Below are positions 20,016 to 30,999 of a stretch of 64,000 nt of DNA, piece after piece (the stretch's first letter is position 1; every line of letters begins with the position of its first letter). The notes beneath the pieces are model-generated. The model did not search any database and was not told where the DNA came from. It worked only from the letters and a program-made list of their open reading frames with translations. Position numbers and translations under genes: made by a program. This stretch comes from Herbidospora yilanensis (lineage in GTDB: Bacteria > Actinomycetota > Actinomycetes > Streptosporangiales > Streptosporangiaceae): assembly GCF_001570565.1 (NCBI RefSeq), contig NZ_BBXE01000013.1, positions 264,984 through 328,983 on the forward strand, read 5' to 3'.

Positions 20016-23000
20016 ATGGCCGGCTATCTGCGCTTTCCCACCATCTTCCGCGACGTGGTGGTGTTCGCCGCCGAAGACGACCTCTGGATGGTCCACGCCG
20101 ACGGCGGCCGGGCCTTCCGGCTGACCGCCGGGGTCGCCGAGGCCGCCTACCCGCGCCTGTCCCCCGACGGCACCCAGATCGCCTTCGTCGGCCGCGAGGA
20201 GGGGCCCGAGGAGGTGTACGTCATGCCCGCCGACGGCGGCGCCGCCGAACGCCTCACCTTTCACGGCGCCGACTGCCAGGTCACCGGCTGGGATCCGCAC
20301 GGCGCGATCGTCTACACCAGCGACGAGGGCCAGCCCTTCCACGGCTACCGCTGGCTGCACCGGGTCGTCCCGGGAGGCGTGCCGGAGCCGCTGCCGTACG
20401 GCCCCGCCTCCGCCATCACCTACGGCCCCGGCGGCATCGTGCTCGGCCGCAACACCTCCGACCCGGCCCGCTGGAAGCGCTACCGGGGCGGCACGGTCGG
20501 CGACCTGTGGATCGGCGCGCGGCGGTTCCGCCGCCTGATCGCCCTGCCGGGCAACCTCGCCTCGCCCTGCTGGGTCGGCGACCGCGTCTTCTTCCTGTCC
20601 GACCACGAGGGCGTCGGCAACGTCTACTCGTGCTCCCCCGACGGCGGCGACCTGCGCCGGCACACCGACCACAACGACTACTACGCCCGCAACCTGTCCT
20701 CCGACGGGCGGCGGCTGGTCTACCACTGCGGCGCCGAACTGTTCCTGCTCGACCCCGGCGCCGACGAGCCGCGCCGCGTCGACGTGCGGCTCGGCAGTTC
20801 GCTGACCCAGCGCAACCGCCGGTTCGTGCCGGCGGCGGGCTTCCTCGACAGCGCGACCCTCAGCCCCGACGGCTCCCGGCTGGCCGTCACGACCCGGGGC
20901 AAGGCCTTCTCGTTCGCCTGCTGGGAGGGGCCCGTGCTCCAGCACGGCGAGCCCGACGGCGTCCGCTACCGGTTCCTGACCTGGCTCGACGACGACGGCG
21001 AACGGCTGGTCGCGGCGGCCAGCGACGACGGCGACCGCGAGGTGCTGGTCGTGTTGTCCCACGACGGTCCGGTCCGGCTCGACGACGCCGACACCGGGCG
21101 GATCACCGAACTGGAGGTCTCCCCCGGGGGCGACCGGATCGCCGTCACCAACCACCGCAACGAGCTCCTGGTCGTCGAACTGCACGACGACGGGGCGACG
21201 GTGACCGAGGTGGAGGCCAGCCCGTTCGGCGCGATCGAGGACCCGGCGTGGTCGCCCGACGGGACCTGGCTGGCCTACGCGTGCCCGGTGGCCCGGCAGA
21301 CCACGATCATCAAGCTGTTCAACGCCGAGACCGGCGAGATCGCCCCCGCGACCGACCCCGTGCTGGTCGACCGGCGGCCCGCCTTCGACCCCGAGGGCCG
21401 CTACCTGTACTTCATCGGGCAGCGGGTGTTCAACCCGGTCTACGACGAGCTCCAGTTCGACCTGGGTTTCCCGATGGGCACCCGCCCCTACGCCGTCGCG
21501 CTGCGCGAGGGCATCGGGTCGCCCTTCGTGCCGGAGCCCCGGCCGCTCGACCACGAGGACTCCGAGGAGCCCGACTTCGAGATCCACACCGAGGGGCTGA
21601 CCCGCCGGATCGTGGCCTTCCCCGTCGACGAGAACCGCTACCAGCGGATCGCCGGGCTCAAGGGCAAGGTCATCTACACGACGACCCCGGTGGTCGGCGA
21701 CCACGGGTCCACCCTGCACTGCTACGAGTACGCCAAGCAGAAGGCCGAGGAGCTCGTCTCCGACCTGGCCGACTTCAGCCTCGGCCGCGACCACTCGACC
21801 CTGCTCTACCGGTCGGGCGACCGGCTGCGCGTCATCAAGGCCGGGGAGTCGCCGTCGGAGGACGACGAGACCGACCGCAACGACGGCTGGATCGACCTCG
21901 ACCGCGTGAAGGTGTCGGTCGCGCCCGAGGCGGAGTGGCGGCAGATGTTCCGCGAGGCGTGGCGGCTCCAGCGCGAGAACTTCTGGGACGAGGACATGGC
22001 CGGCATCGACTGGGACGGCGTCTACGCCCGCTACCTGCCGCTGGTCGACCGGGTCGGCACCCGGGGCGAGTTCTCCGACCTGCTGTGGGAGCTGCTCGGC
22101 GAACTCGGCACCTCCCACGCCTTCGAGTCAGGCGGCGAATACCGCGACCGCCCCCACTACTGGCAGGGCAAACTCGGCGTCGACTGGCTGTACGAGGACG
22201 GCCGCTACATCATCGGCCGCATCGTCACCGGCGACCCCTGGGACCCGCTCGCGACCTCGCCGCTGAACCGCCTCGGGGTCGACGTGGCCCCCGGCGACGT
22301 CGTGGCCGCCATCAACGGGATGCCCGTCGGCCCGGACGCCTCACCCGGGCGGCTGCTGGTGAACCTCGCCGACGAGGAGGTCGAGCTGACCATCGAGCGC
22401 GACGACGAATACCACCTCGTGGTCGTCCGGGCCCTGTGCGACGAGCAGCCGGCCCGCTACCGCGACTGGGTCGACGCCAACCGCCGCCTCGTCCACGAGC
22501 ACACCTCCGGCCGGGTCGGCTACGTCCACGTCCCCGACATGGGCCCGGAGGGCTTCGCCGAGTTCCACCGGGGCTTCCTGACCGAGTACGACCGCGAGGC
22601 CCTCATCGTCGACGTGCGCTTCAACGGCGGGGGGAACGTGTCGGCGCTGCTGCTGGAGAAGTTGTCGCGGCGGCGGCTCGGCTACGACTTCCCGCGCTGG
22701 GGCGTGCCGGCGCCCTACCCCGACGAGTCGCCCCGCGGCCCCATCGTGGGCCTCACGAACGAGTGGGCCGGGTCCGACGGCGACATCTTCTGCCACACCT
22801 TCAAACTGCTCGGGCTGGGCACGCTGGTCGGGCGGCGCACGTGGGGCGGGGTCGTCGGGGTCTGGCCCCGCCACCGCCTGGCCGACGGGACGCTGACCAC
22901 GCAGCCCGAGTTCTCCTTCGCCTTCGACGACGTCGGCTGGCGGGTGGAGAACTACGGCGCCGACCCCGACGTGGAGGTCGACATCACCCCGCAGGAGTAC

Positions 23001-23183
23001 GCGATGGGGGTCGACGCCCAGTTGGAGCGGGCCGTCGAGATCGCCCTCGACCACCTCGACCGGACCCCCGCCCACACCGCCAACCCGGCCGACCGCCCCC
23101 GCCGGGTGGTGCCCACACTGCCGCCCCGGGTGGCCGCCTGGCGGGAAAGCGACGATCGCCGTGGTCGGGGTCGGCTAGCGTAG
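20016..23183 (+). CDS. Tricorn protease homologue (S41 peptidase)
   Basis: N-terminal beta-propeller repeats, [21 protein letters not shown]41 [42 protein letters not shown]. Confidence 0.93.
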   Translation: MAGYLRFPTIFRDVVVFAAEDDLWMVHADGGRAFRLTAGVAEAAYPRLSPDGTQIAFVGREEGPEEVYVMPADGGAAERLTFHGADCQVTGWDPHGAIVYTSDEGQPFHGYRWLHRVVPGGVPEPLPYGPASAITYGPGGIVLGRNTSDPARWKRYRGGTVGDLWIGARRFRRLIALPGNLASPCWVGDRVFFLSDHEGVGNVYSCSPDGGDLRRHTDHNDYYARNLSSDGRRLVYHCGAELFLLDPGADEPRRVDVRLGSSLTQRNRRFVPAAGFLDSATLSPDGSRLAVTTRGKAFSFACWEGPVLQHGEPDGVRYRFLTWLDDDGERLVAAASDDGDREVLVVLSHDGPVRLDDADTGRITELEVSPGGDRIAVTNHRNELLVVELHDDGATVTEVEASPFGAIEDPAWSPDGTWLAYACPVARQTTIIKLFNAETGEIAPATDPVLVDRRPAFDPEGRYLYFIGQRVFNPVYDELQFDLGFPMGTRPYAVALREGIGSPFVPEPRPLDHEDSEEPDFEIHTEGLTRRIVAFPVDENRYQRIAGLKGKVIYTTTPVVGDHGSTLHCYEYAKQKAEELVSDLADFSLGRDHSTLLYRSGDRLRVIKAGESPSEDDETDRNDGWIDLDRVKVSVAPEAEWRQMFREAWRLQRENFWDEDMAGIDWDGVYARYLPLVDRVGTRGEFSDLLWELLGELGTSHAFESGGEYRDRPHYWQGKLGVDWLYEDGRYIIGRIVTGDPWDPLATSPLNRLGVDVAPGDVVAAINGMPVGPDASPGRLLVNLADEEVELTIERDDEYHLVVVRALCDEQPARYRDWVDANRRLVHEHTSGRVGYVHVPDMGPEGFAEFHRGFLTEYDREALIVDVRFNGGGNVSALLLEKLSRRRLGYDFPRWGVPAPYPDESPRGPIVGLTNEWAGSDGDIFCHTFKLLGLGTLVGRRTWGGVVGVWPRHRLADGTLTTQPEFSFAFDDVGWRVENYGADPDVEVDITPQEYAMGVDAQLERAVEIALDHLDRTPAHTANPADRPRRVVPTLPPRVAAWRESDDRRGRGRLA

Positions 23184-23188
23184 GCCGG

Positions 23189-24073
23189 GTGCCGCGCCTG
23201 CTACTCGTATCCCTGCTCTTGGTGACCGCCTGCTCTCCCGCGCCCGGTGGCGACGCGGCCGTCGGGAAGACGACGGTCGTGAAGACGGCCGTCGAGAAGG
23301 CGGCCCCGGCGAAGACCGCGCCGAAGCCGGTCAGCGTGCCCTCCGGTGTCACGACCGGCTATGTCGTGTACGACCGCGTCCAGAAGAAGATCACGGTCAG
23401 CAGGAACCCCCACAAACGATTCCGGTCCGCCTCCGTCGTGAAGCTGATGATCGCCATCGACCACCTGGAGCGGGTGCGGAAGCCCGACCTGGCCCTGCTC
23501 AAGCCGATGCTGCGGGTCAGCGACGACAACGCGGCGACGAGGCTCTGGTCGCTCGGCGGCCAGGGGAAGATCATCCAGCGGGTCGCGAAGAAGCTGAGGC
23601 TGACCGACTCGGGGCCGCCCCCGGCCGGCAAGCCCGGCTTCTGGGGCTACACCGCGATCAGCGCGCTCGACATCGCCAAGGTCTACCGCTACATCCTCGA
23701 AGAGGCCTCGCCCGCGGTCCGGAACACGATCATGGGCCACCTGCGGCAGGCCGGGCCCTGCGGCAGCGACGGCTTCGACCAATACTTCGGCATCCCACGC
23801 GGCGTCGCCCGGCCGTGGGCGGTGAAGCAGGGCTGGTCGGGCTACGGCTCGGTCCCGCCGGTCCGCTGCACGGGCAACGGCTCGACGGCCTTCTACCAGG
23901 CGCCGGCCCCGGTCGACTTCCGCAACGCCGTGCTGCACACCACCGGCGTCGTCGGCGCGGGCGACCGCTACATCGAGGTCGTCCTGACCACCCAGACCTC
24001 CCGCTGGTCCGACTCCGTCACGAAGATCACCCGGCTGGCCCGGGACGTCCACCGGGCGGCCCTCGCCCGATGA
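23189..24073 (+). CDS. Lipoprotein with serine-hydrolase (beta-lactamase-like) fold
   Basis: VPRLLLVSLLLVTACSP lipobox; RSASVVKLMIAIDHL (SxxK-like) and SDDNAATRLW (SDN-like). Confidence 0.75.
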   Translation: MPRLLLVSLLLVTACSPAPGGDAAVGKTTVVKTAVEKAAPAKTAPKPVSVPSGVTTGYVVYDRVQKKITVSRNPHKRFRSASVVKLMIAIDHLERVRKPDLALLKPMLRVSDDNAATRLWSLGGQGKIIQRVAKKLRLTDSGPPPAGKPGFWGYTAISALDIAKVYRYILEEASPAVRNTIMGHLRQAGPCGSDGFDQYFGIPRGVARPWAVKQGWSGYGSVPPVRCTGNGSTAFYQAPAPVDFRNAVLHTTGVVGAGDRYIEVVLTTQTSRWSDSVTKITRLARDVHRAALAR

Positions 24074-25104
24074 GACTGGGACGACGGGTCGCCGAGGCGG
24101 CCGAGATCGCGCTGGCGACCCGCAAATACGTGACGGTCGTCGACGTGCTGACGGGCCTGCGCTGGGTCCACCACCGCCACGTCGAAAGCTGGCGGCAGGG
24201 CCGGGCGGGCTCCCTGGAGGAACTCGCCGCCGTCGACGCCGCCCGCATGACCGACGCGGCGGCGCTGCTGGCCGAATGGGCGGGCGACAAGGGCCTGATC
24301 GCCGGAGAGACCGCCTACGTCTCCGGCAGCCGCGACCGCTCGGCGCTGCGCTTCACCCGCGACGGCTCCGAGGAGCAGGAGCGGAACTTCCACCGGCAGT
24401 GGATCAGCCCCGCGATGTCCGAGACGCGCCGCCGCCGCCTGGCCGAGACCCAGAACCGCCCGCCCGACCTGCGGGTACTGGTCTCCCAGGAGCCGTGGCG
24501 CTGCGCCGGCTGCCGCGACACCGGCCCCTACCTCATCATGGAAGACGCCTCGCCTCACTGCCTGACCTGCGCCGACATGGACCATCTGGTGATGCTCCCG
24601 GCCGGTAACGCGGCCCTCAGCCGCCGCGCCAAGAAGGAGAGCGGCCTGTCGGCCGTCGTCGTCGAATACAACCCGCGCCGCAAACGCTTCGAACGACGCG
24701 GCGTCCTCGTCGAGGAGGCCGCGCTCGCCCGCGCCGAGGAACTCTGCCTGGAAGACGAGGAACTCCGCGCCCGCCGCCGCGACCGCGACGCCGAACGCCG
24801 CGCCTGCCAGGACGTCGAGTTCCAGGCCCGGATGGCGGCCGAGATCCGGCGCCTGTTCCCGGGCTGCCCCCGCGCCGACGAGATCGCCGCCCACGCGGCG
24901 GTGCGCGGCAGCGGCCGTGTCGGACGCACGTCGGCGGCGAAGGTCCTCGACGAGTCGGCGATCACGCTGGCCGTGGTGGCGTCGGTCCGCCACAAGGACA
25001 CGGCCTACGACGAACTGCTGATGAAGGGCGTGCCCCGGATGACGGCCCGTGCCCAGATCAGGGACCGGATCGAGGCGGTCCTGGAGTCGTGGCGGGAGGG
25101 CTGA
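24070..25104 (+). CDS. DUF2293 domain-containing protein
   Basis: ATGA overlap with previous gene; C-terminal AVVASVRHKDTAYDELLMKGVPRMTARAQIRDRIEAVLESWR. Confidence 0.8.
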   Translation: MRLGRRVAEAAEIALATRKYVTVVDVLTGLRWVHHRHVESWRQGRAGSLEELAAVDAARMTDAAALLAEWAGDKGLIAGETAYVSGSRDRSALRFTRDGSEEQERNFHRQWISPAMSETRRRRLAETQNRPPDLRVLVSQEPWRCAGCRDTGPYLIMEDASPHCLTCADMDHLVMLPAGNAALSRRAKKESGLSAVVVEYNPRRKRFERRGVLVEEAALARAEELCLEDEELRARRRDRDAERRACQDVEFQARMAAEIRRLFPGCPRADEIAAHAAVRGSGRVGRTSAAKVLDESAITLAVVASVRHKDTAYDELLMKGVPRMTARAQIRDRIEAVLESWREG

Positions 25105-25297
25105 GCCCGGCTCGGTGAGCGTTCGGGCGCCGGGCCTCGCGGTCGGCGCTGACGGTCCGCCTGCCGGTCACGAGCCGCCTCGTCCCCTGACCGAGCCGCC
25201 AAGGCTCCCGCCGTGACCGGTCGAGCCTGGTCTGCTCCGGAGCTGACCGGTCAGACGGACCTGACCCCGTCAGACCTGGGGGGAGGGCGCTCGTGCG

Positions 25298-26257
25298 TCA
25301 GCCTGCTCCGGACCTGACCCGGTCGAGCGCCTGTTCGGCCTCGGCGGCCAGGGTGGCGACGAGGTCCTCGGCCGAGGGGAGATCGCCGATGAGGTCGACG
25401 GCCTCCCCGGCCCAGACGGCGGGCGGGACGGCGCCGCTCGCCATGTCGTCCTTGGCGACCTGCCTGGTCTCCCCCGTGAGCTCGGCCTCTCTGCCGTGCC
25501 ATCGGTCGATGTACGGGTGGGCGAGACTCCGGCCGTCGTACTTCTCCGGCCAGTCGACGCCCTTGACGATGTCGAGCACGCTGCTGCGCTCGGTCTGCCC
25601 ACCCTGACTCTCGACGATGGCCGCGGTGATCGCGGGATCGACGATCGCCTCGGCGGTGGCCTGGAAGCGGGTGCCCAGCAGGGCCCCGGCCGCCCCGAGC
25701 ACCAGCGCGGCGGCCACCCCGCGCCCGTCGGCGATCCCCCCGGCCGCCAGCACCGGCGTATCGCCCGCCAGGTCGACGACGGTGGGCACGAACGGCAACG
25801 TCGAGCGGCCCCTCCGCGCGCCGTGGCCGCCGCTCTCGGTGCCCTGGACCACGATGACGTCGGCCCCGGCGTCCAAGGCCTGCTTCGCCTCGGTCAGGTC
25901 GGTGACCTGGATCATCAGCAGTGCCCCCGCCCGCCTGATCGGCTGCAGGAACGGGGTCGGGTCGCCGAACGACAACAGCACCGCCGCCGGGCCGAACTCC
26001 AGGGCGTATTCGACCCCGGCCACGTCGGCCGCCCAGCACACGAACCCGACGCCCCACGGTTCCCGGGTGCTGTGGGCGACGATCGGCAACTCCCGTTCGA
26101 GCCAGTCGCGGACCCCGAATCCGCCGCCCACGAACCCGAACCCGCCACCGCGCGACACGGCCGCCGCCAGCTCCCCACCGGCCGAGAAGGCCATGGGCGC
26201 GGACACGATCGGCTGCCGCACCCCGACCAACCTGGTGAAACTCGTCGTCAATGCCAT
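25298..26257 (-). CDS. Nitronate monooxygenase family protein
   Basis: MALTTSFTRLVGVRQPIVSAPMAFSAGGELAAAVSRGGGFGFVG..., DVIVVQGTESGGHGARR, VLAAGGIADGRGVAAALVLGAAGALLGTRF. Confidence 0.9.
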   Translation of the reverse strand: MALTTSFTRLVGVRQPIVSAPMAFSAGGELAAAVSRGGGFGFVGGGFGVRDWLERELPIVAHSTREPWGVGFVCWAADVAGVEYALEFGPAAVLLSFGDPTPFLQPIRRAGALLMIQVTDLTEAKQALDAGADVIVVQGTESGGHGARRGRSTLPFVPTVVDLAGDTPVLAAGGIADGRGVAAALVLGAAGALLGTRFQATAEAIVDPAITAAIVESQGGQTERSSVLDIVKGVDWPEKYDGRSLAHPYIDRWHGREAELTGETRQVAKDDMASGAVPPAVWAGEAVDLIGDLPSAEDLVATLAAEAEQALDRVRSGAG

Positions 26258-26277
26258 GTGATCATCATGACCCGGCG

Positions 26278-29200
26278 TCATTCGGGTACCGAGTAGCGCT
26301 CCTCGATCGGTTCTCCGCCGCGCCTTCCGTCGTTGAGGGAGGTGATCGCGCCGCTGAGGCGGTCGGCCAGGTGGGTGATGGCGGAGACGGTTCGGGTCGT
26401 CGGGTCGTCGTCGTCGCCGCCCATCGCCTTCGCCCGGCGGTAGGCCGCCTTCACCTCCTCCCACCGGACCTTCTGCTCGTCCGTCAGCACCCCCCGCAGT
26501 TCCGCCAGCTTGAGCAGGTTCGCCTCCGCGCCGGAGGTGAGGGTCTGCGCCTCACCCAGGTAGTGGTCGTCGATGACGCCCTCCAGCTCGGCGTCGGTCA
26601 GCACCGGCACCACCCGCTGGGCGAGCTTGTTCATGTTCCGGTACGACCCCTGCAGCAGGAACGGCGGCTCGGTCCGGCTGGCGTCGGATTGGGCGGCCGA
26701 GGCGATGTAGGCCCGGTTGTTGGCCAGCACCACCTCCTGCAGCCGCAACATCTTCCGCAACACGCTGAGGATCTGGTCGAGTTCGACCGTGCTGTAGGGA
26801 TGCGAGAGCTGGTCGGCGCTGCCCTCGCCGCGCGCCAGCCGCACCAGCTTCTCGACCTCCCCGTGGTCGGACACCGGAGCCAGCACCGAGTTCGCCGTCA
26901 GCGCGTTCTCGATGTAACTCAACGCGAAAAGGTCGTCCTTGCCGCTCAGCACCTCGCCCAGGTTCCACACGTCGGCGCGGTTGGCCAGCATGTCGGGCAC
27001 CCGGAACACCTGGCCCGACTCGGTGTACGGGTTGCCGGCCATGCAGACCGCGAAGCGTTTGCCCCGCAGGTCATACGTCCGGGCCGTGCCGTTCCACACG
27101 CCTTCCATCCGCCGCTGCGCGTCGCACAGGGAGATGAACTTCTGCAAGAGCTCAGGGGAGGTGTGCTGGATGTCGTCCAGGTAGAGGAGCACGTTGCTGC
27201 CCATCTCCAGGGCGAAGGAGATCTTCTCCACCTCCGACCGGGAGGTCGCGTCGGGGGCGTCGGCGGGGTCGACCGAGGTCACCTCGTGCCCGAGGGCGGG
27301 ACCGTTGACCTTGACGAAGACCAGGCCCAGGCGGCTGGCGACGTACTCCATCAGGGTCGTCTTGCCGTATCCGGGCGGGGAGATCAGCAGCAGCAGGCCC
27401 ATCCCGTGGTCGAGCTGCTTGGCCAGGTTGTCGCCGATCAGCGGCAGGTACACCTGGTCGATCAGGGCGTTCCGGACGAAGGAGTCCATGACCTTGGGGC
27501 GGTATTCGTCCAGGCGCAGGCGTTTCTTCTCGGCGGCGACCAGTTCGGCGCGGCGGCGCTGGTAGTCCCGGTACGCCGGGACCCGCTCCGCCCGGAAGAT
27601 CCTGGTCCGGGCGAGGAACTCGTCGAGCCGGATCTCCATCGACCGCCCCCGGATGCGGGGGTGCGCGCCGAGCAGCCCTTCGACGACGCCGTCCAGCGTG
27701 GCGGCCGACTCGTAGCGCGGCAGGTCGCACAGCAGGAGCGAGACGACTTCCGGCGAGACCTCACCCTTGCCGAAGGCGGCCAGCCAGGCCCGCGCGAGCT
27801 GGATGCGGGCGGGCAGGTCCAGTGTCGACAGTTCGGCGGTGAACGCGGCGAAACGTTCGGGTCCGAGGGCTTCGCGGAAGGCGTCGAGGAAGGACCGGGC
27901 CGCCGTGGAGGTGACGAATCCCGCTGGCGGGGAGGCGAGTTCCTCGATCAGGTAGTCGGCGGCGAGGGAGGCGGGTCCGTCGAGACAACCATGGGCCTCG
28001 ATCGCCGAAGCGAGCTCCTCGGCCAGCGTGTTCAGCGCCTCGGTGCCACCGCCGAACAGTTCCCTGGCCCGAGTGAGGGACTGGGCCCTGATCTCCCACG
28101 TCGCCGAGGGGTTGCCGTGCGCCCAGAAGAACTGCGCCGTCGCGCGTGCCGACGGCAGGTGGCGCAGCAGGCCGGCCGAGGCGTGCAGGCGGGTCACGAC
28201 GTCGAGGATGCGCACGGTGTCGTGGTCGTGCACGCCGCGCTCGTAGCCCTCGTCGTAGCGTGACTCCGCGGCCCGTCGCACGGCCTCCGCGGGATCCCCT
28301 TCGACGGGGAACAACGACGCCGCCAGATATTCGGCCCGGTAGACCTCCGTCGTCTCCGACACGAGCAGTTGGTCCCAGAAGTGCCGGGTGTCGTCGAAGC
28401 CGGTCACGGGGGCGCGGTAGTCGGTGCCGGTGACGGCGAACGACAACGATCCCTCGTGGGGCACCAGGGTCAGGTCGAGCGGCTGGGTGTTGACGGCGAA
28501 CCGGTGGCGGCCCAGTTTGACCGTGTCGCCGTCGAACAGGTCGGTGCGGTCCTTGAGGGCGCGGCCGGCCTCCTGGCGGGCGGCGCGCACCCGGCCGTCG
28601 AGTTCGTCGGCGCGGACCGGATCGCCGAGTTCCCGCAGGTCGGCCGCCACCGCGCGGAGCTTCGCCACCATCGGGTCGGCGGCGAAGTAGGCGTTGACCT
28701 CGTCCAGCGAGGCCAGCGTCGCGGAGCGGCGGCGCACCGTGCCGAGGATGCGGTCGGCCGACTCGGCGAGGCGGTCGGCCCGCCGCGCCCGGTCGTCGAG
28801 GAGGGTCTGCTTGCGGGCCGAGAAGGCCTCGTAGACCTCTTCGCGTTTGCGTTCGAGCTGTGCGAGGAAGTCGTCGAACTCGCCGAAGCGCGACTCCAGG
28901 CCTTCGATCTGGAGCAGCAGCCGGCCGAGGCGCTCGTCGCACTTCTCGGGGGTGTCGGCGCCGGTCAGCCCGGCCGTCACGGCCTGGCCGAGGAGGCCGA
29001 ACTCGGCGGCGAACTCGGCCCGGCCCTCGGCGTCGAGCAGTTCGCGCCGCCGCGCGTCGAGGGTGGCGCGCACGCGGTTGATCTCGGCGAGGACCGCGCC
29101 GACCTTCTCCAGGATGACGGTACGGGCGGTCGCCTCGACCTCCAGCGTGCCGACCACCTCGATCAGCGCCTCCAGCCCGTCGGACTGGGCGGCCAGCCGC

Positions 29201-30999
29201 TCCGACAGCGGCGCCGAGAGGGCCACGGTCGTGATCGCCTCGGCCTCCTCCGCGAGCGCGGAGACCGTGGCGTGGAAACCGGCGAACGCGTCGTCGCGTT
29301 GCAGGTCGGCGACCACCTGGGCGGCGGTCTCGGTCACCTGCCGCGCCACGGCCGAGGCGAGCGCGTCGAGGGCCGGGAGGTCGGCGTACCGGCGTTCGCG
29401 CAGTGTCACCAGGTGGCCCTGGGTCTGCCGCAGTTCGGCCAGCCGGGTGACGCCGGTCGAGCGGATCCCGGTGAAGCGGTCGCGGGCCTCGGCCACCGCC
29501 CGGGCGGCGTCCTCGGTCAGGCGCTGCACGTTCTCGAACTCGTCGAGCACCTGCTCCGCCGTCGCCCGCAGGGCCGCCAGCGGCTCGGCGAGGTCGTGTT
29601 CGCCGAGCCAGTGGTAGGCGTCGGAGATGCGGTCGCAGCCGGCGATCAGCGCCTCGAAGACGGCCTGCGCGGGCGCCATCTCGCCGACCATCCGGGCCAC
29701 CGACAGGCAGTCGGAGATGCCCCTGACCAGCTCCCCGTTGCCGATGCGCTCCAGCGGGCCGGTGCCGACCGGGGTGGCCGACTCGACCGCGAACGGGGTG
29801 TCCCACACCTGCATCGGGTGCACCCGCGACGGCTCGTCGGAGGTCCCCCGGAACACCACCAGCGTGCCGTCGTCGAACAACGAGTAGCCGTGACACGGCA
29901 GCGGGTTGGCGACCTCCTTGCGGATCACGTTGTACGGAAGCAGGAGGTATCGCCCCTCCTCCCGCGCGTGGAAGACGTAGAGCACGTCCTCCTCGCCCTG
30001 GATGGCCCGCTCGAACTCCAGCGCCGCCACGTCGGTCTCGAACGTCTTGGCCACGCCGGTCGTCAGGTAGTAGCCGCCGGGGAAGATGACCCCCTGGTCC
30101 TCGGGGAGCCGCCGGCAGGCCTGCCCGATCCCGTCGAGCCTGGTCACGCTCCTGGTACGGGTGTTGAAGACCAGGTAACGCCAGTCGGTCTCCTTGTAGG
30201 GCCGGATCTTGAGCAGGATCAGCGGCCCGACCCGCGCGTGGAACACGTCGGCGTCGGCGAGGCTCTGGAGCCGCTCGGTGACCGGTTCGGAGTAGACGCC
30301 CTCCCCCGACTCGGTGTTGTTCTCGACCTTGATGGTCAGGTCGCCGCCGACGGTCTCGACGAACAACTCGCCGCCGATGGAGATGTGCGGGTGCCGCCCG
30401 AGCACGTGGTCGTCGCGGGTGGTCTCGACCCACTCGAAGTCGTGGGAGGGCGGCAGGACGTGGTCGCGCTCGCCCCGCGAGTCGAGATAGGACAACGCGC
30501 CGTCGGCCGCCATCGTCCAGCGCAGCACCCGGACGTCCTGCGGCCCGGTCTGGAAGATCGCCAGGAGCTTGCCCTCGATCTTCCGCAGTTGCAGCAGCCG
30601 GGTGTCCTTGTAGTAGCGGTAGAGCTCGGCGAAGTCCTTCTCGAAGGCCGGGTCGCCGAGCACGCTCTCCGAGCCCGAGAAGGTGAAGGCGTCGCCGTCG
30701 CGGGAGAAGCGGTGGAAGGAGAAGACGTCGGAGACGCTGGTCCGCGGGCGCAGGCCGATGAACACGTTGTAGCCGAAGATCATGGTGTCGCCGGCGGAGA
30801 CCACGTCCCGGGGCACGCAGTTGTTCTCGGTGCGGATGCGCTCGGTTCCCACCAGCCGCATCTCCGAGCCGCCGAACACCGCGAGGCGCCGGGTGTTGAG
30901 CTCCCCGGCCCGGCCGGCCAGTTCCTTGGCCTGCTCGGCCAGCCGGGCGCGGAGGATCTCGTAGGTGCCGGCGTCGAGCCCGGTCATCCCCAGGGTCAC
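26278..30999 (-). CDS. Giant AAA ATPase ('DNA repair ATPase'-type annotation), 1573 aa
   Basis: Walker A LLLISPPGYGKTTLMEYVASRLG, Walker B SNVLLYLDDIQHTSPELLQKFISLCDAQRR; long coiled-coil middle; beta-rich N-terminus; 4-nt overlap with flotillin gene. Confidence 0.85.
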   Translation of the reverse strand: MTLGMTGLDAGTYEILRARLAEQAKELAGRAGELNTRRLAVFGGSEMRLVGTERIRTENNCVPRDVVSAGDTMIFGYNVFIGLRPRTSVSDVFSFHRFSRDGDAFTFSGSESVLGDPAFEKDFAELYRYYKDTRLLQLRKIEGKLLAIFQTGPQDVRVLRWTMAADGALSYLDSRGERDHVLPPSHDFEWVETTRDDHVLGRHPHISIGGELFVETVGGDLTIKVENNTESGEGVYSEPVTERLQSLADADVFHARVGPLILLKIRPYKETDWRYLVFNTRTRSVTRLDGIGQACRRLPEDQGVIFPGGYYLTTGVAKTFETDVAALEFERAIQGEEDVLYVFHAREEGRYLLLPYNVIRKEVANPLPCHGYSLFDDGTLVVFRGTSDEPSRVHPMQVWDTPFAVESATPVGTGPLERIGNGELVRGISDCLSVARMVGEMAPAQAVFEALIAGCDRISDAYHWLGEHDLAEPLAALRATAEQVLDEFENVQRLTEDAARAVAEARDRFTGIRSTGVTRLAELRQTQGHLVTLRERRYADLPALDALASAVARQVTETAAQVVADLQRDDAFAGFHATVSALAEEAEAITTVALSAPLSERLAAQSDGLEALIEVVGTLEVEATARTVILEKVGAVLAEINRVRATLDARRRELLDAEGRAEFAAEFGLLGQAVTAGLTGADTPEKCDERLGRLLLQIEGLESRFGEFDDFLAQLERKREEVYEAFSARKQTLLDDRARRADRLAESADRILGTVRRRSATLASLDEVNAYFAADPMVAKLRAVAADLRELGDPVRADELDGRVRAARQEAGRALKDRTDLFDGDTVKLGRHRFAVNTQPLDLTLVPHEGSLSFAVTGTDYRAPVTGFDDTRHFWDQLLVSETTEVYRAEYLAASLFPVEGDPAEAVRRAAESRYDEGYERGVHDHDTVRILDVVTRLHASAGLLRHLPSARATAQFFWAHGNPSATWEIRAQSLTRARELFGGGTEALNTLAEELASAIEAHGCLDGPASLAADYLIEELASPPAGFVTSTAARSFLDAFREALGPERFAAFTAELSTLDLPARIQLARAWLAAFGKGEVSPEVVSLLLCDLPRYESAATLDGVVEGLLGAHPRIRGRSMEIRLDEFLARTRIFRAERVPAYRDYQRRRAELVAAEKKRLRLDEYRPKVMDSFVRNALIDQVYLPLIGDNLAKQLDHGMGLLLLISPPGYGKTTLMEYVASRLGLVFVKVNGPALGHEVTSVDPADAPDATSRSEVEKISFALEMGSNVLLYLDDIQHTSPELLQKFISLCDAQRRMEGVWNGTARTYDLRGKRFAVCMAGNPYTESGQVFRVPDMLANRADVWNLGEVLSGKDDLFALSYIENALTANSVLAPVSDHGEVEKLVRLARGEGSADQLSHPYSTVELDQILSVLRKMLRLQEVVLANNRAYIASAAQSDASRTEPPFLLQGSYRNMNKLAQRVVPVLTDAELEGVIDDHYLGEAQTLTSGAEANLLKLAELRGVLTDEQKVRWEEVKAAYRRAKAMGGDDDDPTTRTVSAITHLADRLSGAITSLNDGRRGGEPIEERYSVPE

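Noticed and set aside
20507-23188. 5' part of the 1188-aa forward ORF
   Set aside because: Alternative frame within tricorn; only the part from GTG 23189 onwards is a plausible protein.
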